From positions 24,579,051-24,643,050 of the forward strand of contig NC_069116.1 in the NCBI RefSeq assembly GCF_025612915.1: a DNA stretch of 64,000 nucleotides. Reading direction: 5' to 3'. The translations under genes were made by a program, and so were the position numbers. The notes under the pieces are model-generated. The model ran no database searches, was not told the DNA's origin, and saw only the letters and a list, made by a program, of their open reading frames with translations. Position 1 is the first letter of the stretch; every line of letters begins with the position of its first letter. Of the stretch, positions 61,401 to 64,000 are shown piece by piece. This DNA comes from Crassostrea angulata (lineage: Eukaryota).

Positions 61401-62759
61401 AGTAAGGTTCTGGATCCTTTCCACCTCTCATCCCTTTGAATACCCCTACTCCTAGGGGGCACTGGCCTGTGAAGTCGTACAACAACTCATGGAAATGCTT
61501 AGGTGGCCTTCGTGGAGATCTTCTCTGCTTTCTGCTTACAACTGGAGTTGGAGGCCTGTCGGGCAAAGGAGTTAACCCACGCTGTGGTCCACTGTTGTAA
61601 AAATAGCCTGTGAGTGTCTTATTCAACTCTTGCCTTGGTCTGCTCTTGCAGAGCACGCACCTGTCTCTCTCCCTGTTTTCTGATTTTCTCTTTATCTGTT
61701 CTAACGCTGTCATTGATAGTCTTCTTTCTGTGGCCTATCTATCTCCACACTCTCTCCAACTCCCAGAAAATCTGGTAGGATATCTCAAATGGTGGTACTT
61801 CACTAAGAGGTTCGGGCGCCACAATGCCGGTGTTCTCTGTTGGCTCCATGTTCACTGTATTTGGAAGTCTGGCAGCCTCTTCTAATAAGTTCTGGATACT
61901 CTTTTCATCATTTTTCTTCTGTTGGTTCCCAATGGGCTAATGGTGAAGGCCGATCCCAACGTCTAAGGTGATAGTCCTTTCATACAAATGGTTTAGCTGC
62001 TCTGATGATATCCACTGGTAGATCCGTGTATTTATGCGGCCCATACCATTTCCCGTCGTTTTCGACATCGTCTAGGGTAAGTGAAACATAATCGCATTTA
62101 CTGCATGAAAATGGAACCTGGTCTCTTGTTATATGTGTTTTTAGATATATTTCATGGAATATTTCTTGATCTGTTCATAGTCGCAAATACTGCATTGAAA
62201 TACTCTTCCTTTCTTCTCTGCCTTGGAAATATCGATGGTTTTCTGTAAATTTTACAGATAATAAAGGTAAGTATAAGATACTTATATATCAATATCATAA
62301 ATCCATCCCCAATGTTTCTTATGCACCCATAGTTGTAGTCTGCTTTATGTACCAATATATCATTGTACATTTATATGTATATAATTCATAGAATGTTATA
62401 CATCATGTACATAATATTTTGACTGTAATATTAAAGTTTAAGTAAACTTCTGGAATTTCTTCAAAGCAGTCTTCATCCATGCCAATTTATCTCCTTGTTA
62501 TGGCTTAATTTTGTCATGATGAACGATTCTCTGCGTTCCCTTTTCATCTATTTGAACTCTTCATAATAAATCATTCAACTTTTGTAGGATAAGAAAAGGT
62601 CCATGATATTTCAACAGTAGTTTCGTGCTTTCCACGTCAAGTTGGGGCTGCTCATGTAACATCAAGACAAGATCTCCGAGACTATACAGGTTTAGAACAT
62701 TTTTGTATCATATCGATCTTTCTGTACTTTTGCTGACGTTTGTAGTTTTTTTCTGACAA

Positions 62760-64000
62760 TTAGATGGGCTTCACACAAATTATCACGTAAATTGCTGATA
62801 TACTCTCCGTAAAAAAGTTCTCATCGTTTTCATTTGGACAAAATAAAAACTCTAGAGTTAGTTTTAATTCTATTTTTAACATTATAAAGTTGGGGAGGAA
62901 ATTTATAGACTCCTGCGGCGTACATCTATAGGCCATCCTAAATTGAGGTCCCATTCGGTCTGTTTCCCTTTGATATAGGATTTAATCATGCTTACTAGAG
63001 TTCTGTTAAATCTTTCTACCATCCCATTGGTTTTGGGATTCCTAGGGGTTGTTCTTGTCTTTTTAATTTCTAAAAGTTGACACAGTTCTTTAAACTCTCA
63101 AAATTTCTGCCTTGGTCGCTATGTAAACTCAAGGGACATCCGAAACGAGCAATATACTCATTTAAAATTTTATCTGCACAGGTAATGGCAGTTTGGTCAG
63201 GCACTGCTAAAATTTCAACCCATTTGGTAAAGTAGTCCATAACTACAAGTATGTATTTATTTCCAGGAGAAGTTCTTTGTAATGGTCCAAAAATATCTGT
63301 GGCTACTCTATCTAATGGGACACCTATCTCCCAACGGTGCCTTCGGTGGCTTATTCATTTGACAAATTTGGCATTTATAGAGATCTTATTTTAATATCTT
63401 GTCTCATTTCAAACCAATAGAATTTTCTGCGTACTTTTGAAGTGGTTTTCTTATAACCGAGGTGACCAGAAATGACAGAATTTTTCATTTGATGTAAAAC
63501 ATCATCTTTTAAAACTCTTGGTGAAAGTATTTGAAGACTTTTTAAAGAACCATCTTTCGATAAGTTTCTCTTTTTTAATATACCATCTTCTAGTACAATA
63601 GAATCCCATATACAAAATTAATGCCTAGTAGCAGGACTTAAAGTCTGTATTTGCTGAAAATCAGGTTTCTTCTGTTCTCTTTAAGTTTCTTGAAGAATTT
63701 TCAGATCCGGGTCATCTTTTTGTATATGTTCCATATTGACAGGTATATGAAAGTCATTCCAAGTTGTAGCTTCAGATTTTAGTTGATTCCTTGTGACTGC
63801 ACGTATTTCTACATTATTTTTGTTTTCCGGCCATCTTTTTCTCTCTGGAGTTTCTTCCATACGCTTAGTACATTTTTACATGGTCCACACTTTAATGGTT
63901 CTAGAGCCTGGATCCTTAACATGGCGTCGTAATTTCATATATATCATGAATTCTGTTGAAGATTACGCCAAGCGATGGGCAAAATCTGGAAAAGAAGAAC
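62760..64000 (-). pseudogene. Integrase region of a second Ty3/gypsy-like retrotransposon (zinc finger plus DDE core). It is frameshifted and runs off the window end.
   Basis: The reverse complement of 62990-63420 translates to …DLYKCQICQMNKPPKAPLGDR… and …NKYILVVMDYFTKWVEILAVPDQTAITCADKILNEYIARFGCP…. It continues KKTRTTPRNPKTNGMVERFNRTLVSMIKSYI…TEWDLNLG. ORF 62760..62954(-) then reads MAYRCTPQESINF. These match the retroviral-type integrase catalytic core. Confidence 0.75.

Overview
This is AT-rich eukaryotic (invertebrate metazoan) nuclear DNA, not prokaryotic. The six-frame ORF track is mostly noise; real genes here are spliced. I reconstructed them from GT-AG boundaries, reading-frame continuity and recognisable protein families. 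(1) Two internal coding exons of a Wnt4 orthologue lie on the minus strand at 2236-3316; the remaining exons are probably outside the window. (2) A complete 8-exon TMX2 (thioredoxin-related transmembrane protein 2) gene is on the minus strand at 25245-30760. (3) An intronless DPH4/DNAJC24 gene (J-domain plus CSL zinc finger) is on the plus strand at 31082-31522. It is transcribed divergently from TMX2 across about 320 bp. (4) A previously unrecognised 9-exon plus-strand gene at 33244-35704 encodes a lysine/arginine-rich protein of about 250 aa, and every intron is phase 0. The rest of the window is transposon and repeat landscape. The largest element is a roughly 7.1 kb degraded Ty3/gypsy-like LTR retrotransposon at 39398-46534, with gag-PR-RT and about 800 bp LTRs. 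Its RNase H/integrase region is deleted, and a TTAA-flanked MITE sits inside its RT. There is also a 1.2 kb MULE-like element with about 75 bp TIRs and a 9 bp TSD, a second gypsy integrase fragment at the window end, and a LINE RT tail. Repeats include a ~170 bp satellite array, minisatellites, (CT)n/(GA)n microsatellites, several long near-perfect palindromes, and a tandemly duplicated hairpin module. No prokaryote-style defence or operon system is present. The most novel items are the unknown phase-0 gene, the hairpin modules and the nested-TE architecture.
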